Source of the DNA: Tubiluchus corallicola | Lineage: Eukaryota > Animalia > Priapulida | Reading direction: 5' to 3' | NCBI GenBank assembly: GCA_030141605.1 | Contig: JAQGDQ010000022.1 | Span: forward strand, 1,195,832 to 1,259,831 | DNA length: 64,000 nt | Shown: positions 49,401-63,000 of the stretch, one piece after another | Position numbering within the stretch: position 1 is the first letter of the stretch | Layout: each line of letters begins with the position of its first letter | Program-made: the position numbers and the translations under genes | Notes under the pieces: generated by a model | Databases searched by the model: none | Told to the model about the DNA's origin: nothing | Seen by the model: the letters and a program-made list of their open reading frames with translations, nothing else

Positions 49401-52400
49401 AGAAAAATTTTGAAAAAAACGAGTTGGTGAGTTGGAAAAATGGCAACTGTGGAAGCTATGGGATATCCGAGAAATTTAGCATTATGATTTACTTATCATA
49501 GTATAATCACACCTATCATTGACAAAGCTATCACAGCCCAGGTGCATTTGTATTATGGAAACAGGAAAGTATGATACTTGGTGAAAATTGTCCAGATTCT
49601 TCACAGACTGTTCCAGTTTGAAAAATACACCAAAAATAAAAAGACACTAGATGGAGACTTTTCATCTGCTGTTTAATTTGTTAAAAATAACGGGAACTTG
49701 CTGGAGTTCTTGCTCTGAAATTAGTTAACCACCAGCAGAATTAATATAATAGATTTTTTTTCAATTCACATTTTTAATGCATAATTGACATACCTGGGTA
49801 GGTGCAAAACAGCGACAGGCACAAACATGATTTGACTATCATAGCAAAGTCCACTGTTGAACCCTTCGGCAGATTCAGTGTAATTATGGCATTGGTTTCT
49901 GCACCAAATGACTGTAACATAATTTGATAAATTTCGTCCTGTAACAACTGTTTTTCATATGTTGTAGATAGAAACAATTTCATGCATACAAGTCATATGG
50001 AAAAGAAGACTGTTGCAAGAGTACCTCAGGTTTATCAGCATAGTAAAACAGTTAGCCTTTGCTGTAAAAATTTAATGTCTGTCGTGTAAGAAACATGTAA
50101 TGAAAGTGTTACTACATATAATATATTCTAGCTTTATGTGACTACATTAATCCACAAAATAGAAAACTAGCTTTGTCAAAGATTGTGCAACATTTTCTGG
50201 AGAGGAGTGAGTGGGGTGGCACAATAATTTTAAAAAGTGGCTGTCTAGGTTCCATGGGAACTCAGAATATCTCTTTACCGATACATTTTTCTACATTTTG
50301 ACATTTTTTGACATAACAGATTTACACCAGTTGTGGGTTGTCATGAAGGTCCGCCAGAACTGAAACTTCGAAACCGAAACCAAATCTGTGCTTTGATTCG
50401 ATCTGATTAGCTGAAATCCCATGTTACTTTAGATTCGACTTGATTCCGCAGAGTTCTTAAAAAATCGGTTTAGTTTCAGTTGCAAGGCAATTCAGTAGCA
50501 TTTATTACAAAAGCAATTATACGCTCTTTCACTTTTAAATTATCTGGCAAAATTACTTAAATTGCTGCCTTTTTTGATAATTTTGTCCCACTCGAAGCAA
50601 GCAAATATTGCCATATTCAGTTTCAGCATGCCCAGTTCATGAAATTCTACATGAAAGCATGCAACACATTACAATTTTAACTGCTAGTTTCAGCAAAATT
50701 ACTAAGACTTCTTGTAATACTATAGCAGAACTAAATCATAGTTTTAATTATTGCAGAATTACCATCAGTTGTACTGCTCACTGCTTAGACAGGTCACCGG
50801 TATTTTTTTTGCGAAAATCCTCTACTACCTCATCAATCTGCCATTTTTTGATCAAAAACTAACCAGATTTGAACGAAATTTTGTTTAAAAAAATAGCAAA
50901 GAATAGAGATTCAAATTCAATACAGTTTTGAAAATTATTTTAAACAAGTTCAGATTTGATCTGTATTGAAAAACTATTATAAAATGAGATCTGGTTTAGA
51001 TTCGGATTTGGTAGTTTCAGTGATATCCTTAAACCAGTGTTGTAATCAAATCTATCAGTGCAAGTCCAAGTCGAGTCCCAAGTCTTTGGGGTTCAGGTCC
51101 GAGTCAAATCTCGAATCATTATGTCTATGCTTGAGTCGAATCCTAAGTCAGGCTCATGTGGTTATGTTCAATGTTAAATTGAGTTACATCAAAATAATTA
51201 ATTTAATCAATTCTCACATTCCTGTTTAACAGTAATAGGCTATTCTTGCTAATTTTGGTGTTATTATCCTTATTACTGCACTAAATTTATCGAGTAATAT
51301 TGATGATTTAAATTGTGTTGAGCATCAAATTATCTGTGAACATCATTTTACAAATGGTTTTACATTTTAATAGTAGGTTTGTGGTGGTATTACACTGATA
51401 ATATATAACACAAAACTGACATTACAAGCAGTAGTACTAATTACAATCTACAGGAACTTATTCAATTTACTTATTACATGTAAGAAATACTACGTTAAAT
51501 ATTTGACAAACCTGCTGTAGTCTTACTAACAAACCACTTTGACTGAAGACTCGCTCAATTAATAGATGCAGTAGCAGCTGGGCAACTAAATACTTGATTA
51601 ACCACTTTAAAAAGCATCTGTTTATAATATATTCTGAAGATTTCTGATTCACTGTCGATTGTACGTTTAACGTTGTAATAATACAGAAAATTTTTTAATC
51701 CAGTGTCTCTCAGCCATTTGCCGTAGGTAAGAGCAATTAGAAGCCTATATACACAGAATTTAGTCCTATTCTGTGCTAAATAAAAGTAATCAGAAAACAC
51801 ATATATACCAGACACATACCAAATATCCACAGGCTCCAAATACTATGTACAGTAATGTTACACCAACCATAGTGCTCACAAAAAATCTAGAAACAAGAAA
51901 ACAAACCAAATGTGCAAATGATGTTACAAATTAAGAATTTCTGAAGGCAACATAAAAACAATCCAGGTTGGTACGACCATGATAGCATCAAATGTGCAGT
52001 CGGTGTTAATAATTACATCGTAATAGTATCAAGAAAAATAAACACATAATTTACATACCTTTACAAAAGATAAGTTTACAGCGGCAAGCAATAATTAACA
52101 AAGACTGAAAAAATAAGAGTTCATGTATCTAAGTAAATGCAAACATACCGTCGAAATTCATGACGTCTTTGTCGAGCCACAGATTGCTCTAAAGAAAGGA
52201 TCATCCCTGCACCCTAAAGAAAATTTCACTTTTTTAAATCACAATTAGTTCTGTTACACAGAACACAGAATCAAATGTTAACATTGCTTTAAGACAAAGC
52301 TTGAACACGTTTTGTCTTAAGAAAAAACATGTAATGAATATAAGCAATTTTTCATAGCAATATTGGTAAGTAGAAAAATTGTACAGCAATTTGTTTACCT

Positions 52401-55400
52401 CATAACAATAGAGAGACACGGAAAAGAAAAAGGGAAATCCTTTTAGGGAAAATTCTTTTGGATGCATCCTGAAAAAATAATGAATTTTATAAAACATTCA
52501 TATGGCATGAAAAGCAAGGCTTACGTGCACTACGAAACGCAATAGCTCTATATTGCACCATGGTCACAGCACTATTTTAGACTTATAAAAGTACATTGTA
52601 TTCAGAGAAAACACAGAACCAGGGTGAGCAATGCACAGTTCTGCAAGAACTTAGAATTATCAAAACATGTAAGCAAAAATAACCAGTTTTAAAGCATCAA
52701 AATTTACAAAATATGTCAGAAGAAAACATTTAAAGGTATTTTAAAAACAACAAACATTACATAAAAACTTAATGCAGCGTATCTTTATTACAGAGCAAAA
52801 ACACTTTCCACAGTAATTCATTAGTCGATCACACTGTCTATAGAAAATATTCTGGCTTACAGAAGAAAAATACCTAAAGTCATATATTATGCTCGTGTTT
52901 TTTATAGCAGTAACAAAAAGTTTTGCCACAAGAATATTTGTTTAAACCATGTAAATTTTCTCTTACCTGACATGGGAAAAGTGTTCAAAATCGAACCAGA
53001 AAACAACAAGAAAAGCCATCATGTTTGACACTTGTGCAAATAAACTGAAATATAAGAAAAATGTGGGTCAGTCACCGTATATTAATATTCGTTGCAAATT
53101 AATGCAAATTAACTAAGCAAAGCCTTAATAAGCCACATATTCAATTAAGCATGGCCATAATACGATATGTGAAATTGACAGAGTTGGTATCTCACAGGGC
53201 GGACGTGTCTAGCTAGTAGTCCCGTTTACAAATTCACGGTCTGTGCTATATAATACGTCTGTACATTATGTGAAAATAGCCTAAAAAAGGAGGTTCATTC
53301 TGTGTTCAGTTAAACAGAATTGCTAAACGTTAGCACTGATGATTCCTAACAGGAAAAAATTACATTATCTCTAGCAATTTGTTACATGTAGAGTAAATCT
53401 GAATGTCTAGCATACTGCTAGCTTATACTTGAAGCAGCACAAACATTTCACAAAGCTGTGACCCACACATTAGATCACTCAGCTATGCCAATGATGATGT
53501 AGTACACATAACATGTTTTTTTTCATTATTTCATACCTTGATATTGCTAAACTATGTAGCTGCCGCAGCAGGGTAAGAAGAAACAGTGGGAACAGCATCA
53601 ATAGCACCCAGTCAGTCCTAAAAGACATGTAATTAGTAAATCAGTGAATCAGAAATTACATGTTCAGTAAAACTATCATTATCGGGTTTACTGAAAGTAT
53701 CGCATATCGGATACGCTATTGGTAATTTATAATTATAAACCTGGGGCTGGCTGAAATATGTTAGTAACTCATTAATAGTTTTAAGTTTATTACTTCTGAA
53801 AGAAATATGATCCCTAGTATAAGCATAAAATTTGACAGAATTGGTATAGCTGATTAGATACAGTAATGGATAGCACATTTGATCTACAAGATAAGGGGTG
53901 TGAATTCAATTCTCAACAATAGTTATAAAGCTATAAGGCAGCAATGAATTAATAACAAAAAAGTCTGTTAATCAAAGTATCAGAACGTGTTCATATCAGC
54001 AAATTTTGGATACCTGATCTCTTCTTTAAATAGCTGATATTTATAATGCTGTCAGCTACATGAAATGAATCTGAGATGACGACAATTTGAACAGATTATT
54101 TTTTAAAGGTTTTCAGTTCTTTTTCACAAAAGGAACCATGAACATAAAAATGTAAGTTAATGCAATAAGTTTTTACGTATAATTCACTTGTACGGCAATT
54201 TTCTTTTTAAACAATTAAACGATTAATGAAGCAATTAATTTAGCCAAGTTGTTATGTACTTCGTAATTCTGTGGAAATAACTGCTCAAGTTTTCAGAGAT
54301 GAATATAAGATAGGCACAGCAGAATCCGATTTGAGACACGACCAACAGAACATCTACAAGTATGGTTCCTGTGTTTCCCAGAGCATAATATGCTGAAAAA
54401 AAGAAAACGCAATGCAACAATGCAATGAATAAGCACAAAGTAAATTTTATGTACGGAAATGCCTGAAAATATCCCCAATTTTCTGCCACGGAACAATATT
54501 ATGAATACATTAATTAACAACAGTCATTTATTATATGAAACAGTTCCCAACCAGCTACTTATTATTTGTTATTTCACAGATTAAAAGTTTTGGGAGCGCA
54601 GGAAGTGTTGAAAACTTCCGTCACATGTTTAACAATACCTATGTGACCTGCTACACATTTTATGGCATAGTGCAACATAACAAAGCTAAGCAAAGTAGGC
54701 TAGCAACACTGAGATTATTAAGTTATCTGGTTGACTGAGTTGGATAAATATTCTAAGCATATCAAGGTGGCAACAAAAAGAACCAGTTTATTGATTAGAT
54801 ACATTGGGATGACAGTGAATAGTATCTGTTTATTAAACTACAAAAGAAGAACTAAATATTACAACAATTTCTAACAAATGACAGCGAACTAAAACAATTA
54901 CACGTCTGTGGGTTTAAAGCTTTAAACTCTGATTTTTAGCAGCATTAAATGAGGAATAAGAAATAATCTTACCGACGTCACCATAATTCATATCGGAAGC
55001 ATGAATAAAATCTTTATGAGCTAAATTAACAGACGAGTCAATCTGCAGTGAGGATGGGTTTAAATTCTGGCTTTCAACTCCATTTGCTACTTTTGTCATA
55101 GACTATAAACACAGACAAAAGTTACTTTTAATGATATAATGTATTATTGTTACATAAAACAACATAACCAAAGTGCAATCACTGATCAGCTTATTAAGAA
55201 TGGACAAAAATATTACATTTTTACTCAGTGAGAAACATTTCGAGACAATAAAACTTCACATACTTGCCCCAATCTCAAATACCTATTCTTACGAAAAAAC
55301 AATTCTTTTTTTTTGAGAGTGAAGTACCATAGTTCATCAGTTTAGTGATATGCTGAAGACATTATGGTGCAGTCATAATCATAAGAACTTATAGTAACTG

Positions 55401-58261
55401 GTATAGTAATTACAGTTTACTCATGTTCAAATGTACTAAAATATATAATGTATTTCAGCATATCATAAATCTTGCATTGAGCTGATACCTGTACTAGGTA
55501 ATCAAATTAAAAAAAAACGATTCATTATAAACACACAAACATACTTCATTGGTGCTAACAGATGAATACTGATAACCATCATCTTGTGCAATTTTATATT
55601 TACAGTCTATGATCAATAGCATGGCTTTCACACTGAAAATAAAGCAGAACAAATTAAAAATACACATCACTCACATAGTGTAACCGACACAGGACTTTGC
55701 ATTTTTGTTTTTATTATTATGTTTCACAGTATACCTTAACAGTTATTTTCAATGACAAAATAGCTTCTAAAAGTTGCTCGATAGAAGAGTTCATCCATAA
55801 AATCACTTTCATGCAGAAATTACTCAAATTAGATGACTACCATTATAATAGCATTAAAATGAGTTAATTAGCTACTATGACTGAAACAATGAATAGAGTG
55901 CTTACCTTACGCCACCGACAAAACTCATTATGAACACTCCTTCCAAGATACCCGCCTAAGAAAGTAACACAACATACTAAATATTTAGATGTAAATGAGA
56001 AAATTCAGTGGTTTAGATATATTAGCATAGCAACACTACATCTGAAGCCACATAATATGATTAACAATTTTTATAAATGACCATAAAGTACATAACATAA
56101 TGAAATGATTGTACACGTTTGTGTATGGAGTTTTGTTGAAAATTGAGAGTTTGCAGTAAGACATTTTCTTGACAAACCAACTCTCATTCATGTATTTGAC
56201 TATTGCAACTCCCTTCTTTCTGATGTATGAGACTGTCATTTACAGAAATTGCAGCAGGCAGTTGGTCTCTCAGGCAAAAAAATTGATCACATAACTCCAA
56301 TGTCTGTTCAATTACACTGGTTGCTTGTGTACTTCCAGGCAGAATTTAAGATCATGTTGCTTGTGTACTAGTACGAATGGTACTGCCTTGAGTTACTTAG
56401 CAGAGTTAGTGTGTTCCTAGGATGCAGTTGAGATTGGGTAATTAACTTATACACTTTGAATGTACCAACTAGCCTTTCAACCTTTGGGAATCAGTTACCT
56501 TTACATGTAAAAACCATCACATTCATCTTTTAAATCTCATTTTGTTTTCACAGGCTTTTAGTAACTTATACTCTGAAAATTTCACTTGTTTGAATAAATT
56601 CATTAGGCTTATTTTGATTTTAATTTGTGCAGTGCAACAGTCCGGTTCTTTCACATACACATTGAGAGAGAAAGGCTGCATTTCATTACAGCTGCCATTT
56701 TCTCAAGAAGCCAATAATATGATCTCACATGTTGCCATTAACACAACTACATGCAGAGTATATCGCTGATATTTACGAAACTACCAGAAATCATATCTGG
56801 TGAAAGTTTTACATAGCCTTCCAGTTAAGAAGATGCAAAACATAGTAGGTGACAGGTCACCTTCTAATTCGTTGAATCCTGCTGACTTGGATGACTCCCA
56901 CAGCAGCCAACTTTGCTCTGCAGCTACAGACGTTTATGCCTGTTTCCCACTATCCTGGTTATGCCTTTCTTGATGACCTTTTACCTTGATGCCCTTCAGG
57001 TCCAAAAATCCCCAATTTGTCCCATACCACCAGGCCTATAGTTCCAATTTCTCCAATTCTGGATCTGCCCTTCCAAGAGGGGTCAAATACTTCTCTCAAT
57101 TTCGATTGTCTTTAGTGACAGGTACTCCAATTCCTCGCATTGATCTGATTCGGATTCTCTCACTACACATGGCACCACCCTGGATAAAGAGGAGGGGAAT
57201 TCTCTATGACTGATTAGGGTTCTCAGTAGGGGAGGATCTATTTCCTTGCATTCTGACATGGAGCTTCCCACTATGTCCTGTACAGCTATTACCTGTGTAC
57301 ACTTATTATGGATATGCGCTCAAGAAGTCCCTTGCCCAAAGTCACACAAACAAAAAATCTCAAGGCTACCCTCAGCCTACCCCAAGTGGTTAAAGTATAA
57401 CTGGCTTAAACTAAAAACTGATAATTGGTGACAGATGCAGCATGATGGCATGAAACATTCGGAGGTCAGGAGCTCTATTATAGGGTGCGTAATCAGCTGA
57501 GAAAGTTATAAATCAGTCGTTTAGTAGCTTATTTTTGAATATTTTCACATAGATGAAATGTACAAGCTCAGCCTATTAAGAGGTGCTCGATGCACCATAA
57601 GCAACTGCTCTCATATCATTTGTCGGATACAAACAGAAAAGTGAATCCAGGTAAAAAAGTCACAGGAAAAAATAGCTATAACTCTAATGCTAAGATATTG
57701 AATAAAACACGATTTTTTTCACGTGCTGTTGTCAATATCTACAAGTCATGTATTGCCAGTTAGCAACTGATTTAAAATACTTTCTGTTTTATTACCTTAA
57801 TTGTTTATGGTATTTAAATAAATTGTAAATGTCTTAAATATTTTTGTTTGATTTCCTGACTTTCTTTCCTAGCCAAAATTGTGACTTTTTTCCGACTACC
57901 ATTAATTAATTGTGACTTTTTTGCTAGCAAAAATTAAGGTTTTTTCTGTCATTTTTTTCCTGTGACTTTATTACCAATCACCACGAAACAATAAAATTGT
58001 AAAGCTATTAACACGTGCTAACAGTTAAGTAGTAATAACTATTACTACAAGTAGGGTGTAACCAAAGTGACAGAGGGGAGTGTTTACATTATTTACGATG
58101 TGATGTTAGGAAAACAACCAACATTGGCCTACCTCTTTGAATGCATATGGCAGTCCAAGGATTCCAGCGCCCACAAATGATATGAAAAGATTTGCTACAA
58201 TTTTCGTGGAACTTTCCGACCCATCATTAGATTTTCCGCTAGTGTCCGTAATCCCGCCCAT
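46499..58261 (-). CDS. AAAP/Aa_trans-family amino acid transporter (SLC36/AVT3/ANT1-like), 485 aa
   Basis: 15 exons: 58261-58133, 55955-55906, 55632-55545, 55102-54973, 54392-54260, 53617-53537, 53044-52967, 52468-52399, 52213-52149, 51886-51820, 49911-49794, 48867-48797, 47683-47532, 47121-47062, 46664-46499 (1458 nt, GT-AG, open frame). Motifs ANLFISFVGAGILGLPYAF, YGDV, SQIGFCCAYLIFI, YCYEGAGMIL, GYLSFG..T..IITLNLP, TYPVMMFPV, IPNF..LMALVGA, FILPGLFH. Confidence 0.94.
50344..51032. mobile_element. Degenerate MITE with CGAA/TTCG subterminal repeats (probably hAT-derived)
   Basis: Left ACTGAAACTTCGAAACCGAAACC is partly the reverse complement of right GGTTTAGATTCGGATTTGGTAGTTTCAGT; GATTCG repeats inside. 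Confidence 0.5.
51035..51650 (-). mobile_element. hAT transposon relic: C-terminal dimerisation domain plus terminal region
   Basis: Minus frames give FSCPAATASI / ERVFSQSGLLVR / VVFLTCN, matching the hAT dimerisation motif P.TS..ER.FS..G...L.FL..N. Terminus CAGTGTTG with GAGTC/CAAGTC subterminal repeats at 51035-51150. Confidence 0.8.
56245..56560 (+). mobile_element. L2-type LINE 3' ORF2 fragment
   Basis: KIDHITPMSVQLHWLLVYFQAEFKIMLLVY resembles the L2 DHITP.L..LHWLPV..RI.FKIL motif. Confidence 0.75.
57641..57981. mobile_element. MITE with about 30-bp TIRs and AAAAGTCAC subterminal repeats
   Basis: Left GTGAATCCAGGTAAAAAAGTCACAGGAAAAAA versus right TTTTTTCCTGTGACTTTATTACCAATCAC; extra GTGACTTTTT copies near 57881 and 57912. 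Superfamily uncertain. Confidence 0.75.
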
Positions 58262-58874
58262 CGCGGTGATCACACCAATATTACAGCAGTAGCAGCATAA
58301 TTACGCCTACCTTTTCAAAAAGGCACAGCATTTAACATCGCATATCACCTCGCGGTTTTTCTTGAGTGATACTCACAAAAGTGTAATGTACAACAGACAC
58401 AAACGGTAAGTGAGGAAAGCACAAACTGATAACGATTGGTAACTTAGTAACGATAAAACAACCGTAAAACCTAATTTAAACCTATACATAGAAAAGTTTA
58501 AGCGATACGAAGCCCACCAGAATCATCATTATTATAGGTAATGCACTGCTAACTCCAAAAGAAAATCAGCACTTGCGGCATTTGGGAATGTCAAAATTTC
58601 TGCAAAGTTTATTTTCTTCGCTTTCGTGGCATGTAGGCCGCCATACAAGATGTTGCAAAGAGCGTAAAATTAGCTATTGATAATCGATCAGAAAAGTGCA
58701 ACTCAATTCAATTAAATTACTTACTTTCCTCTACTATAATTGTACTTTGATTCGTTAATGTACAGCCAGAATAAACTTAACATAAATTAAGGACTTCAGT
58801 TAACTTTGTTTAGACTTATATACATATATACATATCATCTCACCCGCGTTTGCATCAATGTATTTGTTCTTCTT

Positions 58875-59010
58875 AAGAAACAATGCAGATTGAACCTAAA
58901 ACTAAACTCTCTCCAGGAGAGTAAAAACATGGGCTAGCCACAGCACGCCATAGATGCTAAGAGTGTAAACTACTTTAAAGGAAAAATCGACAAATCTCTG
59001 CACCATCTCA
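58875..59010 (+). mobile_element. CR1 LINE extreme 3' fragment
   Basis: KKQCRLNLKLN..RRVKTW..PQHAIDAKSVNYFKGKIDK, a typical CR1 ORF2 C-terminus, frameshifted. Confidence 0.65.
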
Positions 59011-59435
59011 GATACACGCACATGCAACAATGGCAAAACTCACTAAATCTTTGTATAAGTGAAAACATTTTATTTTTAACTGCTGTTATGTGCGGGCAAA
59101 ATAATGTTTAGACCTTATGAAGAATCTGCAGTCAAAGGTATCGGGTATCAAGTGCAGTGGATTTGCAAAAAGCTACAGTGCTATAAACATAGATAATAAT
59201 ATTCGCATGCAATTGGATTATTTAGTAATATTATTATCTTTGTATTGGAAAATCCTCTAATAATTTCGTAGCATAACTGGTCATCTCAGTTAGCTTTTAG
59301 TTTAGTTTATTATTATTAAATCCACATATTACATACATGTTAAACAATATCAAAACTTAAAAAAAACAAGTATGTAGACGGGGTCCTTAAAAAGTGAGAA
59401 TACTTTTTTTGTTTACATTGCTCCATTCCCATCTT

Positions 59436-59828
59436 TATGGGTGAGCATCAAACGTGTTTTTTAATTCGTATTCAATTTGGACCTATAATTGTAGATTCGA
59501 ATAAATCAGCACTTTCAACCACACACGTTCTTTTGTCACTAAACGTTTAAACATCAAGCAATTGTACAATTTAGTAGCAGTTTTTGTACGCAATTTCTAA
59601 ACTAATTATTAGCGGTTTTATTGCAGAACAAAATCGAGTAATAGGGCGTATGCAGGATCTTTGCATGCAAACATAGGGATTTTTTTTACAGAGGGTTCGA
59701 AAACTTCTTTGAAAATCTTTCAAACACAATTCGAATTCGATTCGAAATACTGAAATTCGGTTTAATTCGAATTCGAAACTCACAAATTCGATTCCAATTC
59801 GATGTCTGGTAGAGAATGCTCACCCCTA
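59436..59828. mobile_element. hAT-type MITE between the transporter and AGK promoters
   Basis: TIR TATGGGTGAGCAT ... ATGCTCACCCCTA (12/13 match), many TTCGA repeats, degenerate 8-bp flanks CCCATCTT / CCCGTCAG. Confidence 0.75.
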
Positions 59829-60094
59829 CCCGTCAGGCCGTCACTAGTTATTTTTGTAATTATAGCTTGGTTAATAATTCTATTAGGTTGAAATAGAAAT
59901 TCAAATTTTTTTTGTGTGAAAATGCCATTGTGTTTTGGCTACGGAGCATAATCATTAATTAGATAGAAATATCTTGAGTCAACGACTCAAAGAGAAGTCG
60001 GAAACGCGTGTGGCGGCGTGCTCTTGAACTGTCGACACTGGTTGTGAAAATGTGAAATTAAATCAAAGACTGCTTTTACGAAATCATAACGAAC

Positions 60095-63000
60095 ATGTCA
60101 GCCGCCTCTATCTCAATATTAAAACATTGGAAGAAAATTACGTTTGGAGCAGTTGTTCTAACGTATAGCAGCTCTTATGCGAAAAATAAATACCAGTAAT
60201 TATTGTCTCTTCTTATAAAATTTTTATACGCCTTTTTTCTATTCCGTGCATTCTGAGCCTAGGCTAATACCATTCTGAGTATAGTCTATGGACTAGTGAG
60301 TAGTGTGTAGTGACAGTAGTGTGATGTTACACCAAAGTTGACTAACAAGCTAGCTACTATGCAAGTTTTTTTTCACCAAACTTCAGAATAGGCTCAAAAA
60401 ATATTATTGAAGTTGGAAAATATCATTATTCCTAGATGTGACCACGAGATATTTAGAATGATCTAATACTACTAATAGCAGTAATATTTGGGAGAGCAAA
60501 AGTTCATTCGTACTGAAGTTGTTTTGTGTAACTTGTACGCCATATGACCTTCATTCTGGAGTATGCTAGCAGAAACAGGTTCTTGGCCTTTGCGAAAATG
60601 GATCTTTAACAAAAGGCTGCCTCTCATTATTCACTAATGAAGTCAGATGAAAGTAGATTAGCAAAGCAAATAATAATTGAGCAAGAAAGTAGAGCGTATA
60701 AAGACTTTTAGTACTCAGAAATAAAAGTGAGATCATGGAAAATTTTGGAGTTAAAAAAGTTAATGGAGCAACCTAAAAATAGCAAAATTAAAAAATCAGA
60801 ATGGAAAAGAAATACAAAAGCTGTAAACCAGGAAATATTACAAGAGCATTAAGATAGAATACATGATAAAACTAAGATTGCTTAATGAGGAGAAATATGA
60901 AAATCAAAAGTATGTTAGTGAGTTTGACTTACGGATATTTAAAATGTACAGGAAGTCAAGTTAAATATGATGGAATAGAAATGTAATTTCGAAGGAAATA
61001 AATGGGAATATTTGCTTTGTCCTTAGTGCAGAAAACAAGAAGATACTACTGAATATGCATTATGTTATGAGAAGTCTGAAGGAATTAATAAGTATGGCAT
61101 TGGATAAGAATCTATTACAACCTCTGTAATGGGTACCTTACAATTAGTAAGAGCATTTAAAGAGATATGGGTTATGAAATAAGTAGTAGTTAGAAGAAAA
61201 CATAATAAGACGGAAGGGTGGTACTTTATGCTAAAACGGGAATGACTATGTAATGCTGTTTGGTGAAAAGGCTTATTGCTCTTGCCTACTTAGTTGTACT
61301 AATCTTGGAAAAGGTAAACAGGAGCTGTTGAACCACTGTCTCATTTGCGAGTATCACTGCACGAAATTACCCTAATCAGCAGGTTTTGGTCCCAAAAATG
61401 TGTCACAGAATAATTTGTTAACCTACCATGCTGTTGTAAATGTGGAGCCTAATCTAACCATTTGAGTTTCGACATTAAAATCGCTTGCATTGCTACAGTT
61501 AGTTTATAGGCCCTAATTAATAAGCACAACAAAAACTTATGATTAAGATACAATTTACAAGTCACATTTATTGTTACACATTTATTGTTACATATTATTA
61601 AAATTAGTAATTGTGAGGGAACTTGTCCAAAAACTTGCAGAATTTTGCAAAAATAAACTTCTTTTATTATAACAGAAAGTACAAGTTTCACTACACGCTT
61701 GTCAGCAAGAGATCTTACATTAGTGCTGATTTCAAATGGGAAGCTCAGTTTGGACAGAGATCAACCAGTAAATAGTAAAGCTTGCATCACAAGTAGGAAG
61801 TTAATAATGTGATGGAGGGTGTGCAAGGTCAATAAATTTATATAAGAACCACTGTACATAACTAACAGGGTTATGATGGAGCGAAATTAAAAATGAGATA
61901 CAATACAATATAATTAAATTTTAAAATTTAATATTTTAAATTTATTGATTTGACATTTTTTCACTGTATTTTTCAGGGAAGCTGAAGAAAAACGAAAGTA
62001 TTGCGAGATAGCAAAGGTTTGCTTTCTTATTTAAGGGAGACTTCTCTTTTATTTTTCCAAACAGTTGTTTTGGTAAAGAAGCGGTTAGAGAATGGGAAGA
62101 AGGAGAGTCTAGAACAAGGAAGAGGAGAGAGAGAGAAAGGGAATGAGAAATGTAGTGAGGAGAGAGGAGAGGCACTGTGGTCAGAAAGAGAGGGAGATTG
62201 TGTGATGGTATAGATTGAGAAGACAAATTATTGCATTCGACTGACGAGATAACTTGAATAGAATCTATATGTTTATAAACATTTCTTTAATCGTTATCTA
62301 TGTTTTTATTTCAGTTATTACCTAAATTAGTGCACTGTACATTATTACGTTGTTATATGATTAGCTTTTCACTACCTTTTTGAATTGACTGGTTGTAATG
62401 ACTAACAGTAGCAGTAGTTAGATTATAACTCACTTCTGTATGTTAGTTTAGGCCAATACCCATTCATGATAAGGTGCTACAGTAAAAACGTGAACTACAG
62501 GAACAGAATGAACTCATAATTATAATTTGCTAGTGATATAAGTTCTTGTTCTTCTTGAATAGGTTGATGTTTTTAGGAAAACAATTTCCTGGTAGAGGTT
62601 TCTATGGGTAAGATGTCCAGAAGAAAAAACTGGATTTACTGTATGACAACTCACTATTTTTTTAGGTATATGGACAAGATCCTATTGCAGTTAATGAGCA
62701 ACCTAGACATGTTACAGTATTTCTTAATCCAGCAGCTAAAGACAAGTATGTGTAAACTGAACTTATTTTGGTGTTTTGCTCATATTTGTTTTAACAATTA
62801 ACTGCAAGGTTATCATAAGATTTTCAAGCATTATTATATTGCTAATTAATTGAAATTGGTATTGTTATTGATGATTCACAGATTTGTTTTCTGAAGAAAA
62901 CTGGCGAAAAGATATTTAAAATGAGGATGTTTTGCCTCCAGTTTTTTTCTGGAGATATTAGATTTCTAGGAGCTTTATATTGAACAGAATTGCTTAAGAA

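Noticed and set aside
55330-55390. 13-mer resembling the 28S rRNA 5' region next to CTGA, and an ATGATTA...CTGA pair on the other strand
   Set aside because: The antisense orientation is opposite to the host gene and lacks a C box; the other-strand candidate is too short. Likely chance.
59690-59805. Regularly recurring TTCGA motifs resembling a repeat-spacer array
   Set aside because: These are subterminal repeats of a MITE with irregular spacing in a eukaryotic context; not CRISPR.
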